Source: Planctomycetota bacterium (GTDB lineage: Bacteria; Planctomycetota; UBA8108; UBA1146). From it: DNA of 64,000 nucleotides. The notes beneath the pieces were generated by a model. It saw nothing but the letters and a program-made list of their open reading frames with translations, was not told where the DNA came from and did not search any database. The translations under genes were made by a program, and so were the position numbers. This document shows, in pieces, positions 9,634 to 18,400 of this stretch. The stretch spans positions 2,942 to 66,941 of the forward strand of contig DUAN01000189.1 of NCBI GenBank assembly GCA_012960845.1. Direction: 5' to 3'. The first letter of the stretch is position 1. Every line of letters begins with the position of its first letter.

Positions 9634-10971
9634 TCAGGGGGCGCAGGGGAATCCCTGCGCAGGCGATGGATCGGGGCCGTATTCGGGAAACGGGGCCGCC
9701 GGAGCAGGTCCCGCGGAAAAGACGAAATCGAGGATCCGGATCGGATCGCCCAGCGTCAGGCGGGAGTCATCATCGACATCCAGTGCCTCGAGACAGGGGC
9801 TCGTCTCGACCCCAAACAGCACCAGTAATTCGTGAATCGCATCGGTCAGATCGACCACACCATCTCGGTTGGTATCGCCGCGAATAAAGACCGCCGGAAC
9901 CGAACTGGCATCGAGCGGATTGAATCCGAACTGTGCCTCCTCGAAATTGGAAACCCCGTCGAGATCCTGGTCTCCGAGAGGATCCGCCAGCAACGCTCGC
10001 TGAAGCCCGGTCAGATCTCCATGCCCGTTGGGATTGGTGACCAGTTCGACCGAGACGATCTCGAATTCAGCAGAAATCGTGACCAGCGAAGAGCCATCTC
10101 GACAAACCACCGTGACCGAGCCGTCGCCATTGGCAGCGATACCGAGGGGTCGATCCGCAACGTCGATCACGGATTCCACTCCCTGCTCTCCCACCACCAC
10201 CACTTCGCTGCTGGTTTGGCAGCAAAACCATGCTCGTCCCTGCAAATCGGTGGTCACTGCGATGGGAAAGGTACCCACCGCCGCACTCCACAACACTTCT
10301 CCGGTCGACGACAATCTGGTCAAGCCCTCCTTTTCGGCGACCCAAACCCCTCCAGCAGCAGCGGCACTGATCCCAGTCGGGAAGAAACCGACCGGATAGG
10401 TCGCGAGCCACTGACCGGAGTCATCGAGTCGATAGACCTGATTGGCGTAGGAGCAACTGACCCAGATGTGTCCCTCGGTATCGATGGAGATGCCATAAGG
10501 AACCGAGCCGACCGGATGAGTGGAGACGATTCCGGCACCCGACTCGATCCGGATCACATCATCGAGCCCCGGTCGGGTTCCCCACAGCTGGCCGCTGGCA
10601 GCGATGACCAGCGACTGAACGCCCACCACCGTATCGATGACCTCGATGACGGCACCACTGGAATCGACATGAATCACCTGGTTGTTCTCCTCGATGGCGA
10701 TCCAGCCTCCGCCACTGGCGGTGCGTGCGATGGCTCTCAGGTCGGTGGACAGATTCACGATGGGAGTAGAACCCGACTCTCCATGGACCCACAGAGTCTG
10801 CTGGTCGCCATACCAGGCGCCCTGGCCATGGAGCAACGTCGGCAATGCGATGGCACAGCAGAGCCAAGATAGATGGATCATGGTACTGAAGGACAGGTTG
10901 CTGAAGGGCATGTTGCTGAAGGGCAAGGTGATTCCTTTCTCAAAAGGGGATGGACAGGTCAAGTTTCTCAT
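9634..10971 (-). CDS. Secreted beta-propeller (Vgb/NHL-like) protein with C-terminal dockerin-like domain
   Basis: ATG 10971 overlaps the upstream TGA (ATGA). Repeats VGSVPYGISID, VGFFPTGISA, VGTFPIAVTTD; DQDLDGVSNFEE Ca-loop; FIRGDTNRDGVVDLTDAI...LDVDDDSRLTLGDPI. Confidence 0.8.
   Translation of the reverse strand: MRNLTCPSPFEKGITLPFSNMPFSNLSFSTMIHLSWLCCAIALPTLLHGQGAWYGDQQTLWVHGESGSTPIVNLSTDLRAIARTASGGGWIAIEENNQVIHVDSSGAVIEVIDTVVGVQSLVIAASGQLWGTRPGLDDVIRIESGAGIVSTHPVGSVPYGISIDTEGHIWVSCSYANQVYRLDDSGQWLATYPVGFFPTGISAAAAGGVWVAEKEGLTRLSSTGEVLWSAAVGTFPIAVTTDLQGRAWFCCQTSSEVVVVGEQGVESVIDVADRPLGIAANGDGSVTVVCRDGSSLVTISAEFEIVSVELVTNPNGHGDLTGLQRALLADPLGDQDLDGVSNFEEAQFGFNPLDASSVPAVFIRGDTNRDGVVDLTDAIHELLVLFGVETSPCLEALDVDDDSRLTLGDPIRILDFVFSAGPAPAAPFPEYGPDPSPAQGFPCAP
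10881..10925. repeat. Three degenerate 15-nt tandem repeats in the N-terminal coding region
   Basis: GGTTGCTGAAGGGCA / TGTTGCTGAAGGGCA plus a degenerate third copy; encodes LPFSN-MPFSN-LSFST on the minus strand. Confidence 0.6.
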
Positions 10972-12347
10972 CCGGTGGTCTCGCAATCCAGGTCGTCATC
11001 GCTCAGGTCATCCCCTGCGACGGGGAAAGGGTATAGCGGAGGAGGGCCCTGTGAAAAGAGGAAAGACAAGATTTGGATTCCATCGGAAAGATCCAGCGTT
11101 CCGTCGTCGTTGGTGTCGGCGGAATCGTCGCAATCGATCGAAGTTCCGAGAAACAGATGCTCGAGTAATCGAATCGGATCGGCCAGATCCAGTTGTCCGT
11201 CGAGATTCAGATCGGCACGGATGAAGGCTCCGATGACCCCGTGCACGCTGATCGACTCGATCCCCTGCTGGGTGGTATAAACACGTCCGCCGGAGACGCA
11301 GATCCGGTTGGGAAGATCCCCACCGGTGAGGATCTCTATTCGCTCACCACTGTCGAGCTGGTAACGCGACACGGTACCGGCGAAGTATTCCGCCACGAGA
11401 AAGGTACCCGCGGCCCCCTGGGTCACGGCACTTTGTACGGTGTCCGACGATTCCATCGGGTATTCCATCAGTAGAGTTCTACTGTTGAGATCGATGCGAT
11501 ACACCACTGCACTGCCGCCAAAGATGGTCAGCAAAGCACTCTGGTCATCGAGAACGTGCAGATCACTGGGTGCGGGGAAATCGGAAGTCTCGACGTCGAT
11601 CACCAGTAGGTCGAGCAACTGTCCATCGTTGGGGTCGATCCACTGCAATTGGGGAGCAGCCGTGAAATCATCGCCCGGGAAGCCCACCGGAACCAGCAAC
11701 GATCCATCTTCCAGCGCTGCAACAGTCGAGATGCCACCGGCAACTTCGATCCGCTGAAGGACTTCCCCGGTCAGTGGATCGAGGATCACGATGTTCTCAT
11801 CCGACCCATCAAAACTACCGCCATTGGAAGAAACGATGATCTCCCCGTTCCAGCCGAGGGCCAGTCCCGATGGGTATCCGATGTCGGCTCCCGAACTGTC
11901 GCTGAAGGGTACAGCGGTGACGTTTCCGCTGATCAGGTCGACTCTGAACAGGCTACTGATGGTCGAGCAACAGACCCACAGATCGGAACCGGAGAGCAAC
12001 AGATCTGTCGGATAATATCCGACATCAAAGGTGCGCAGGACCTCGAGAGTCCGAGCATCGAACTCGATCACCTGATTTGCACTGTGATCCTCGACCGCCT
12101 CACCCAAGGGCGCGACATCGCCACAGATGGAGACATAACCATACTGATGGGCGTCATCAATGACGATCGAGTAAGGGTGAGAGTCGACGTTGGAAGTGGG
12201 AATCTCGGTGGAGATCTGGGCGATCGGTTCTCCCGCAAGAGAGAGGACCGGGATCCCGCCGACCAGTATCCATCCGACCAGTAAGGAATCTCTCCAGTGG
12301 CCCCGATAGAATTGATTGAGGAGGAGAGAATAGAACGATTTCAGCAA
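10968..12347 (-). CDS. Secreted YVTN/YncE-like beta-propeller protein with C-terminal dockerin-like domain
   Basis: Likely TTG start at 12347 after AGAGAGG (the track extension to 12596 runs through the riboswitch). Signal ending SLA-G; blades HPYSIVID, FDVGYYPTDLLL, GDLPNRICV; FIRADLNLDGQLDLADPI...ADTNDDGTLDLSDGI. Confidence 0.8.
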   Translation of the reverse strand: MLKSFYSLLLNQFYRGHWRDSLLVGWILVGGIPVLSLAGEPIAQISTEIPTSNVDSHPYSIVIDDAHQYGYVSICGDVAPLGEAVEDHSANQVIEFDARTLEVLRTFDVGYYPTDLLLSGSDLWVCCSTISSLFRVDLISGNVTAVPFSDSSGADIGYPSGLALGWNGEIIVSSNGGSFDGSDENIVILDPLTGEVLQRIEVAGGISTVAALEDGSLLVPVGFPGDDFTAAPQLQWIDPNDGQLLDLLVIDVETSDFPAPSDLHVLDDQSALLTIFGGSAVVYRIDLNSRTLLMEYPMESSDTVQSAVTQGAAGTFLVAEYFAGTVSRYQLDSGERIEILTGGDLPNRICVSGGRVYTTQQGIESISVHGVIGAFIRADLNLDGQLDLADPIRLLEHLFLGTSIDCDDSADTNDDGTLDLSDGIQILSFLFSQGPPPLYPFPVAGDDLSDDDLDCETTG

Positions 12348-12454
12348 CTGAATGCGGCCTCTCTGCTCGGAGTTCTGGGCCGATTCCACGCACTGTGCGT
12401 GAATCGGAGGGATCCAGCGAAGAAAACGAAGGATGTCAATCTCCGACGATTTCA

Positions 12455-12635
12455 CGGACAGAAGGTCTTCTGGCTTCCGGATCGTCCTCTCCCTGCGCCT
12501 TCCCACGACACTTCGTAGTGGCTTTCCAGACCCACGCCTGGAGTTGCAGGGGTTGTCCCCGGTTACAGCGGCGGCACCGCGGTGGATTCTCACCACACTT
12601 CCGATCCGGGTTGCCCCGAATCAATCCTGTCACGG
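12455..12635 (-). ncRNA. Cobalamin (B12) riboswitch
   Basis: Minus strand reads GACAGGA...CGGAAGTGTGGTGAGAATCCACCGCGGTGCCGCCGCTGTAA...GCCACT...GGGAAGGCG...GAAGCCAGAAGACCTTCTGTC. This matches the conserved GGAA-GGTG-AATCC-GC-CCC/GCC-CTGT core, GCCACT, GGGAAG and the B12 box, with a closing P1 helix GACAGGA/TTCTGTC. Confidence 0.9.
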
Positions 12636-12711
12636 CTCTAGATACAGAACCTTTCACGACGGTTCAAGGGCCAACAGTTGAAATCCGTCAGATCCAGGCC
12701 GACAATGTGGC

Positions 12712-13833
12712 ATGGCCAAATCATCATCCAGATCCCGATCTTCCAGCCGCAAGGTGACCGTGGCCACCCTTCCCGCAAGGCTCAAGGAGGGCCCTCCCCC
12801 CATCACCGTGGTGGTCGGGCAGGAGCAACTACTACGCCGTGAAGCGATCGCGATGTTGCTCGATTCTGTGCCGGGCGGCACCCCTGATCCCGACTCGATC
12901 CTGCGCTACCAGGGGACTCGAAGCGCCACCGATGAACAGATTCGTGAGATCTTTGATGAATTGAGGACACCGAGCCTGTTCGGGGGTGGGCCGGTAGTGA
13001 TCGTCCAGGATGCTCAGAACTGGTTCAAATCTGACCCCGATTCCTGGGTCCAGTTCTTCTCATCCGCCCCCACCGGATCACTGCTGATCCTCACCGCCGA
13101 TGCTCTCGATGGACGGAGCAAGGTGGCCAAGGCGATCGGCAAGTTTGGACTCACCATCTCGGCGGATCGGCCCTTTTCCCGTCCACCCCCATGGCAGCCA
13201 GATGCCAACCCCTGGGATCACGAACTGAACTCCTGGGTGATCCATCGCTTTCACCATCATTCGCTGAAGGTGACGGCTCCGGTGGCCCAGTTACTCATCG
13301 AGCGCATCGGGCCCCAGATGGATCAACTCGCCAGCACCATCGAGAAGATCTCCACCATCTGTGACTCCCGTCAGATCGAACAGATCGATGAGAGTATCAT
13401 CGTCGAGAATAGTGCCGCCGGTGGCGACGGAACTGCTTTTGAGCTGGTCGACTCCTGGTTCGAACAGGATCGAGTGCGATCACTCCGAGTGCTCTCCGAT
13501 ATCGTCGAGCGCGGCGCACTCGATGAAAAGAATCAACGAGTGCGAGATCCTCAACGATTGCTGCTACAGTTTGTGGCGCTGTCTCTCAAACGTGCACGGG
13601 AACTGAGAAGCGTTCACCGCATCGTAGCGGAGGGTGGAGGAGAAAAGCAGATTCTCGAGCAGGCAGGGATTGCCCGACCGTTTCTTCCGCGGATTCGCAA
13701 ACAGTATCGAACTTGTGATCTTCCCAGGACCCTGAAAATCATCGAGACCCTGATCGAGATGGACTGGCAACTGAAGAGTGGTGCTGGAGCCTTGCCGGTG
13801 GAGTTGATGGAGCGCGCAGTGGTCAGCGTCTGA
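12712..13833 (+). CDS. holA: DNA polymerase III subunit delta
   Basis: VVVGQEQLLRREA, ELRTPSLFGGGPVVIVQDA, LDGRSK, LIERIGP...IEKI, FELVD, C-terminal DWQLKSG: typical HolA pattern. Confidence 0.85.
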   Translation: MAKSSSRSRSSSRKVTVATLPARLKEGPPPITVVVGQEQLLRREAIAMLLDSVPGGTPDPDSILRYQGTRSATDEQIREIFDELRTPSLFGGGPVVIVQDAQNWFKSDPDSWVQFFSSAPTGSLLILTADALDGRSKVAKAIGKFGLTISADRPFSRPPPWQPDANPWDHELNSWVIHRFHHHSLKVTAPVAQLLIERIGPQMDQLASTIEKISTICDSRQIEQIDESIIVENSAAGGDGTAFELVDSWFEQDRVRSLRVLSDIVERGALDEKNQRVRDPQRLLLQFVALSLKRARELRSVHRIVAEGGGEKQILEQAGIARPFLPRIRKQYRTCDLPRTLKIIETLIEMDWQLKSGAGALPVELMERAVVSV

Positions 13834-13845
13834 GCGGCGACTGCC

Positions 13846-14355
13846 TCAGGGGGACTCCAGTCGAATACTTCGCATCCTGGGAACAATCTGGCGAAAGACT
13901 TCCTCGCTCCCCTGACCCCTGGATATCCACATCACATGGATCTCGACCAGCAACTCATCGATGTAATCATCGCTCGGAATGGTGCGATAATTGACATCTC
14001 TTTCGCCATCGCGATCTTGCCTGACGCTCACGATCAACTTGTCTCGCCCCTGTTGCTTGGAAATGGTGCCGTATCGCACTTCGACAGAAATCCCCGGCCA
14101 GTGAGCGAGCAGCGGGTCCCACGGAGGATTATTGATCAAATCAGTGACCGTTCCGCCGTCGCGGATCGTCCCCTCAAGGGCGGACAGAACCACCTCCGAG
14201 ACCTCGATGGCGCGGATTCGATCGACCGCACGTCGATGAGATGCCGTACCTGCGGCAAACAGAGCGATCGCGGCGCTGATCCCCACCGTGAGGATTCCCA
14301 GAGCCACCACGACCTCGAGCAGGGTGAACCCGGTTTCCTTGCTCTCCATCTTCAT
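13846..14355 (-). CDS. Minor pseudopilin, GspI/PilV-like
   Basis: Class III signal ETG|FTLLEVVVALGIL; ATG 14355 overlaps the upstream stop (ATGA). Confidence 0.85.
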   Translation of the reverse strand: MKMESKETGFTLLEVVVALGILTVGISAAIALFAAGTASHRRAVDRIRAIEVSEVVLSALEGTIRDGGTVTDLINNPPWDPLLAHWPGISVEVRYGTISKQQGRDKLIVSVRQDRDGERDVNYRTIPSDDYIDELLVEIHVMWISRGQGSEEVFRQIVPRMRSIRLESP

Positions 14356-15434
14356 CGTTGCCACCCCGGATCCCTGGCCCCTGGGATCCTCACCGTCTTA
14401 CGGAATTCGGAACCGTGGACGACAAACCGAAGACGGGAGTGCTCCACCGCAGTGGTGCCTCGCATCCCTCTATCACAGTCGAGAAAAGCACCACTGGTGA
14501 GCCGCCCCACTCGAATCCATTCAGAGTCGATACGGATGTAATTGTCGGGACCGATCGGATACTGAGCGGTCGAATCGACGAGGATGTCTCCGCTACTCCC
14601 GTCGATATCCTCACTCAGTCGGGCAAGTGCAGCGGAACGGGCCGGTTTCAGCACCAGCAACACCTCGACAGTATCGGGAAAGACATCATCGAAGGGATCA
14701 TCTCGGCTTGCTGAATCCCAGTAGATTCCCGACTGGCGGTCCATCGGCAAGATGCCCCGCGTCGAATCCCAGAAGGAAAGCGGTGGTTGCACCTTGCCAG
14801 CGACAAAGCGACGACGATCTCCACCCCAGAACGACCATTCGATGTGGAGTACTCCATCTGCGATGGGACGGCTGCGCCGCGGCGTCCCGTCGACATCCGG
14901 CGCCAGGTTGACATCATTGAACAGGGTACCTTCGCCCCCGATAGGACTCTTGAAGCCTCTCCACAACACCTCGGACCCCTCCTCGGGTCCCATCGAGTAA
15001 CTGACCTCGCACAGGCCACCCGGGGCGCGCAGAATTCCCAATCGAGCTTCCATCGAGTCATTATTGTAATCGATATCGGCGAGACCACCGGTGAGAGATC
15101 CAGCAATCCGGGTTATCGGGTTCCTGACCTCCTCGTCGAGCACGCTGACCATCCTCAAACGGGATCGCCCCCGGCCATCTCGGTCACAGAGCAGCAAGAC
15201 TTCGACCAGACCACCACCGGGTCCCGGATCTGGTTGTGAGAAGAGTGATCGCAGGTCGGCGCAGAGAGGCTCGAGGATCGCTTCTGCTCGCTCGATCGAT
15301 TCGCGTCTCGATTCGCCGACTTGCCAGGTGGAGATGCCATCTCTCAGGAACACGACAAGACCGCTACCGAGCATCACGAAGATACCCAGTGCCACCAGAA
15401 TCTCGATGAGGGTCAGTCCCTGTTCTTTGTTCAT
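14352..15434 (-). CDS. Minor pseudopilin, GspJ/PilW-like, with one C-terminal beta-repeat module
   Basis: EQG|LTLIEILVALGIF; ATG 15434 overlaps the upstream TGA; EVSY...LWRG, FPDTVEVLL; C-terminal VDSTAQYP...IRIDSEWI...RGMRGT..H module. Confidence 0.85.
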   Translation of the reverse strand: MNKEQGLTLIEILVALGIFVMLGSGLVVFLRDGISTWQVGESRRESIERAEAILEPLCADLRSLFSQPDPGPGGGLVEVLLLCDRDGRGRSRLRMVSVLDEEVRNPITRIAGSLTGGLADIDYNNDSMEARLGILRAPGGLCEVSYSMGPEEGSEVLWRGFKSPIGGEGTLFNDVNLAPDVDGTPRRSRPIADGVLHIEWSFWGGDRRRFVAGKVQPPLSFWDSTRGILPMDRQSGIYWDSASRDDPFDDVFPDTVEVLLVLKPARSAALARLSEDIDGSSGDILVDSTAQYPIGPDNYIRIDSEWIRVGRLTSGAFLDCDRGMRGTTAVEHSRLRFVVHGSEFRKTVRIPGARDPGWQR

Positions 15435-18400
15435 CAGTACGGATATTCCTCGTGATGAAGGATTCGCCACTCCTTACGGTGTTCGATTCCAAGGGTCTTC
15501 AAGACGGGAAGATGTTTCCATTCATCATTCCACACCCCCGACTGTCGAGTTTGGCCATGGGCTCCTTTTCGGTGACGGTAGTGGATTCGAATTTCCAAGG
15601 CATCGCCAAACTGTCCCAGACGATTGACATCGGCCGGATCGTCAAACAAATAGAGGCCACCAGGCTGATTGGTCGGAATCGAGTCCCACCCGGGAACGCC
15701 ATCGAATCGAGCGAGAACCCTGACCGATCCTGCGGTGGCTCGATTGCGAGACTGTTCCACTTCCCAGCGGATTCGATCCCACATGGTTCCGGGCATCGTC
15801 CAGGCTCGCTCGAGGTACTGCAGATCCTTCGATTCCACCAGTGGTTGATATCGATCGTGATGTCGAGCGAGCAGTTCGATGACTGGAGTACCGGCGGGTT
15901 GGACCTTGAAATCGGTACCGAAGCGACCACGGAAAATTCCTTTTCCAGTACGATCATCGCGAAACAGCCCGAAGCTGCTGCCCTGCGCACCGGTATGAGC
16001 GATGATCTCGTCTGGAGTCGTAATGATGCCGTCATCCACCAGCAGGTAACCCTCGCCGGAGGGGAAGCCGGCCAACTGACGATTCCCACCTTCGTTTCCG
16101 GGAGGCCCCATCACCTCCAGAGTCAATCCTGATTCTGCGACCTGCCCGGCGAGCCGAGCCACCGGAATACTGGGGAGGGGAACCAGAGGTTCTCGTCCCA
16201 GTTCATTGCTGGTACGTTCGGTGGCGAGCATTCCTCGGGTCATCACATCGATGATGCGGGAGGGAATCAACCGCAACCGATGGGTGTTGGTCACTACCTG
16301 AACAGCGCCTGCAGCATCGGTATATGACCACTGATAAACATAGCCACCCACCGAAGATCCCAACTGACCACGCAACACATTGCGCAGTACACCGTTCGAT
16401 GCTTGTTCGTAGTACAGCACTTCGTTGGTCGGACCACTGATCATTTCGAGGAACCCACCATTGGGTGGAAGGTTGGCCGTGTTATCGACCTGGATCGAGT
16501 TGACCACTTCTACTCTCAGATCACGATTGGGGTCATAGGGAACCACCTCCCCTTCACCCAGGGCGTTCTCGTCAAGGTAGGGATCGCGGGGCAGATCCTG
16601 CTCCAGTTGGATCACCACATCGGGCTCGACCTGGCCGGGATCAAAGGTGTAGTGCATCACCTCATCATCGACCTGGAATAATCCTTCTCGCTTGCCCAGT
16701 CCAAATCCTCGAGGATCACCTTTGGAAAATGTTCGAACACCTCCCGTGGGCAAACTGGCGCCACTTTCCGGACCCTGCGGTTGCGGAGCAGAAGCGGTGA
16801 GTTTCGATCGAGCCAGCAAGTGGATCCTGTCGAGGACACCACCCGGTTGTTCGGAATCCTGTTTCGAATAGCCGCTTTGAATCACCTCGGTACGCACCCC
16901 CGACGGTAAGCCAGGCGACGCCTGGATCGCCATCGTGCGGAATCCACCATTGGAAGCCGCAGGAAATGCATAGGTTTCAACATCACTCGAGTCAAGGCGG
17001 CTGAAACGCACTTCGTCGAGGGTCCCCGGAGCATCGATTCCATCGCCACTGATCATCGATGACCCGAAACGAATCTCCCCGTTGGTCGAGGACGGCAACC
17101 CACCGCTGGGGAATCGACGGATCCGTGGATCCTGTCCCGGACGATAGATCCCTTCCGGAGGCCAGTAGAAACTGACATAGGTTCCACTATCGGTTTCTCT
17201 CACCTTGCGAACTCTCAGCGGCGTATCTTCCCGAAGTCTGTTGGTCGGATCGCCATAGCCATCTCCGAGGATCACCTCGTCGGCAAATCCAGCGGATGCC
17301 CCGACTGCGCGGACCACCTGGGTGATCTCCTGCCCCGCGGCATGACGGACGATGCCATTCATATCCCACAACGGGCGATTTCGACGGAATGGATCACCGG
17401 TGTTGATGTACTTGTCTCCGGTGAAGCCGCGAAATGCATCGACCTGATCGGGATCACAGATGAAGAACTTCCCCTCGGCAATTTGTGTGTATCGAATCCA
17501 CTCTGCATCTTGCAGTAGTCCGATACTCTGGGAACCGGGCATGTAATCGATCTGGATCACGCCGGAAGGCGCGTAGCTTTGATTCAAATCGGTCGCATTC
17601 GATTCAATCGAAACACCCCTGACCTGCAGAGTCGTTGTGGAAGTGGCAGTGATGATCCCGACGGTCGCCGTAGAGTTCAGTAAAGCTCTACCCATGGCGG
17701 TGAATCGATAAAGGCCAGGAACCGGTCCCGGAGTGATGGAGGAATACTTGGCGAATTCAGTTGCGACCAGCCGCCTCGGCTCGGTTCCCTGCTGGGTCCA
17801 TTGTCGAATGTGAAGATATCCCCGAGGTGGGAAACCCAGTTCGAGAGGATGGCTCCCATTGGTCTGCACCAGCAGCGAGAGCGAGTTGGCGGCAAACGGC
17901 TCCAGTTCCAGGGTGCTGGTCACCGGACTGCCGACAGAGAATGGAACCTGTGTCGAGGCTCGGGAAAATGTCGCTGGAGTCAGTTCCACTGCACCGTTAC
18001 TGGTGTTGAAGGCGGAAACTCTCATCGTTGGAGTGACCTCGATCTCCAGCGAAGCTCCCCCCGGACCGATGATGATGTCGTTGGAAGAATCGGTCAGAGC
18101 ACGTCGCGGATCGGAGTTGGCAAGGGGTAAGGAGTAGCCCAGAAGCCTCACGGGAGTACCGGAAGCATGACTCGACCGAACCGTCCCGCGGACACCGCGT
18201 CCGATCGGAGGAGAGCCGTTGGGACCTGGCGGCCGGACGATGAAGGAAGCCCCTTCCCGACCGGAGTAATCGATCGCTTCCGACCCCACCAGCAGAGTCC
18301 CGTTGGGAGGAAATCTTGTGGCCATGTCGCCATCGACGATGGAAACACGGTTACCGGAGAAGGAAAGGGCGCCATTGAGACGAGATAACCAGGACTGACG

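Noticed and set aside
12348-12657. N-terminal extension of the 542-aa ORF and small ORFs such as 12436-12657
   Set aside because: They are translations of the cobalamin riboswitch and its leader, not protein.
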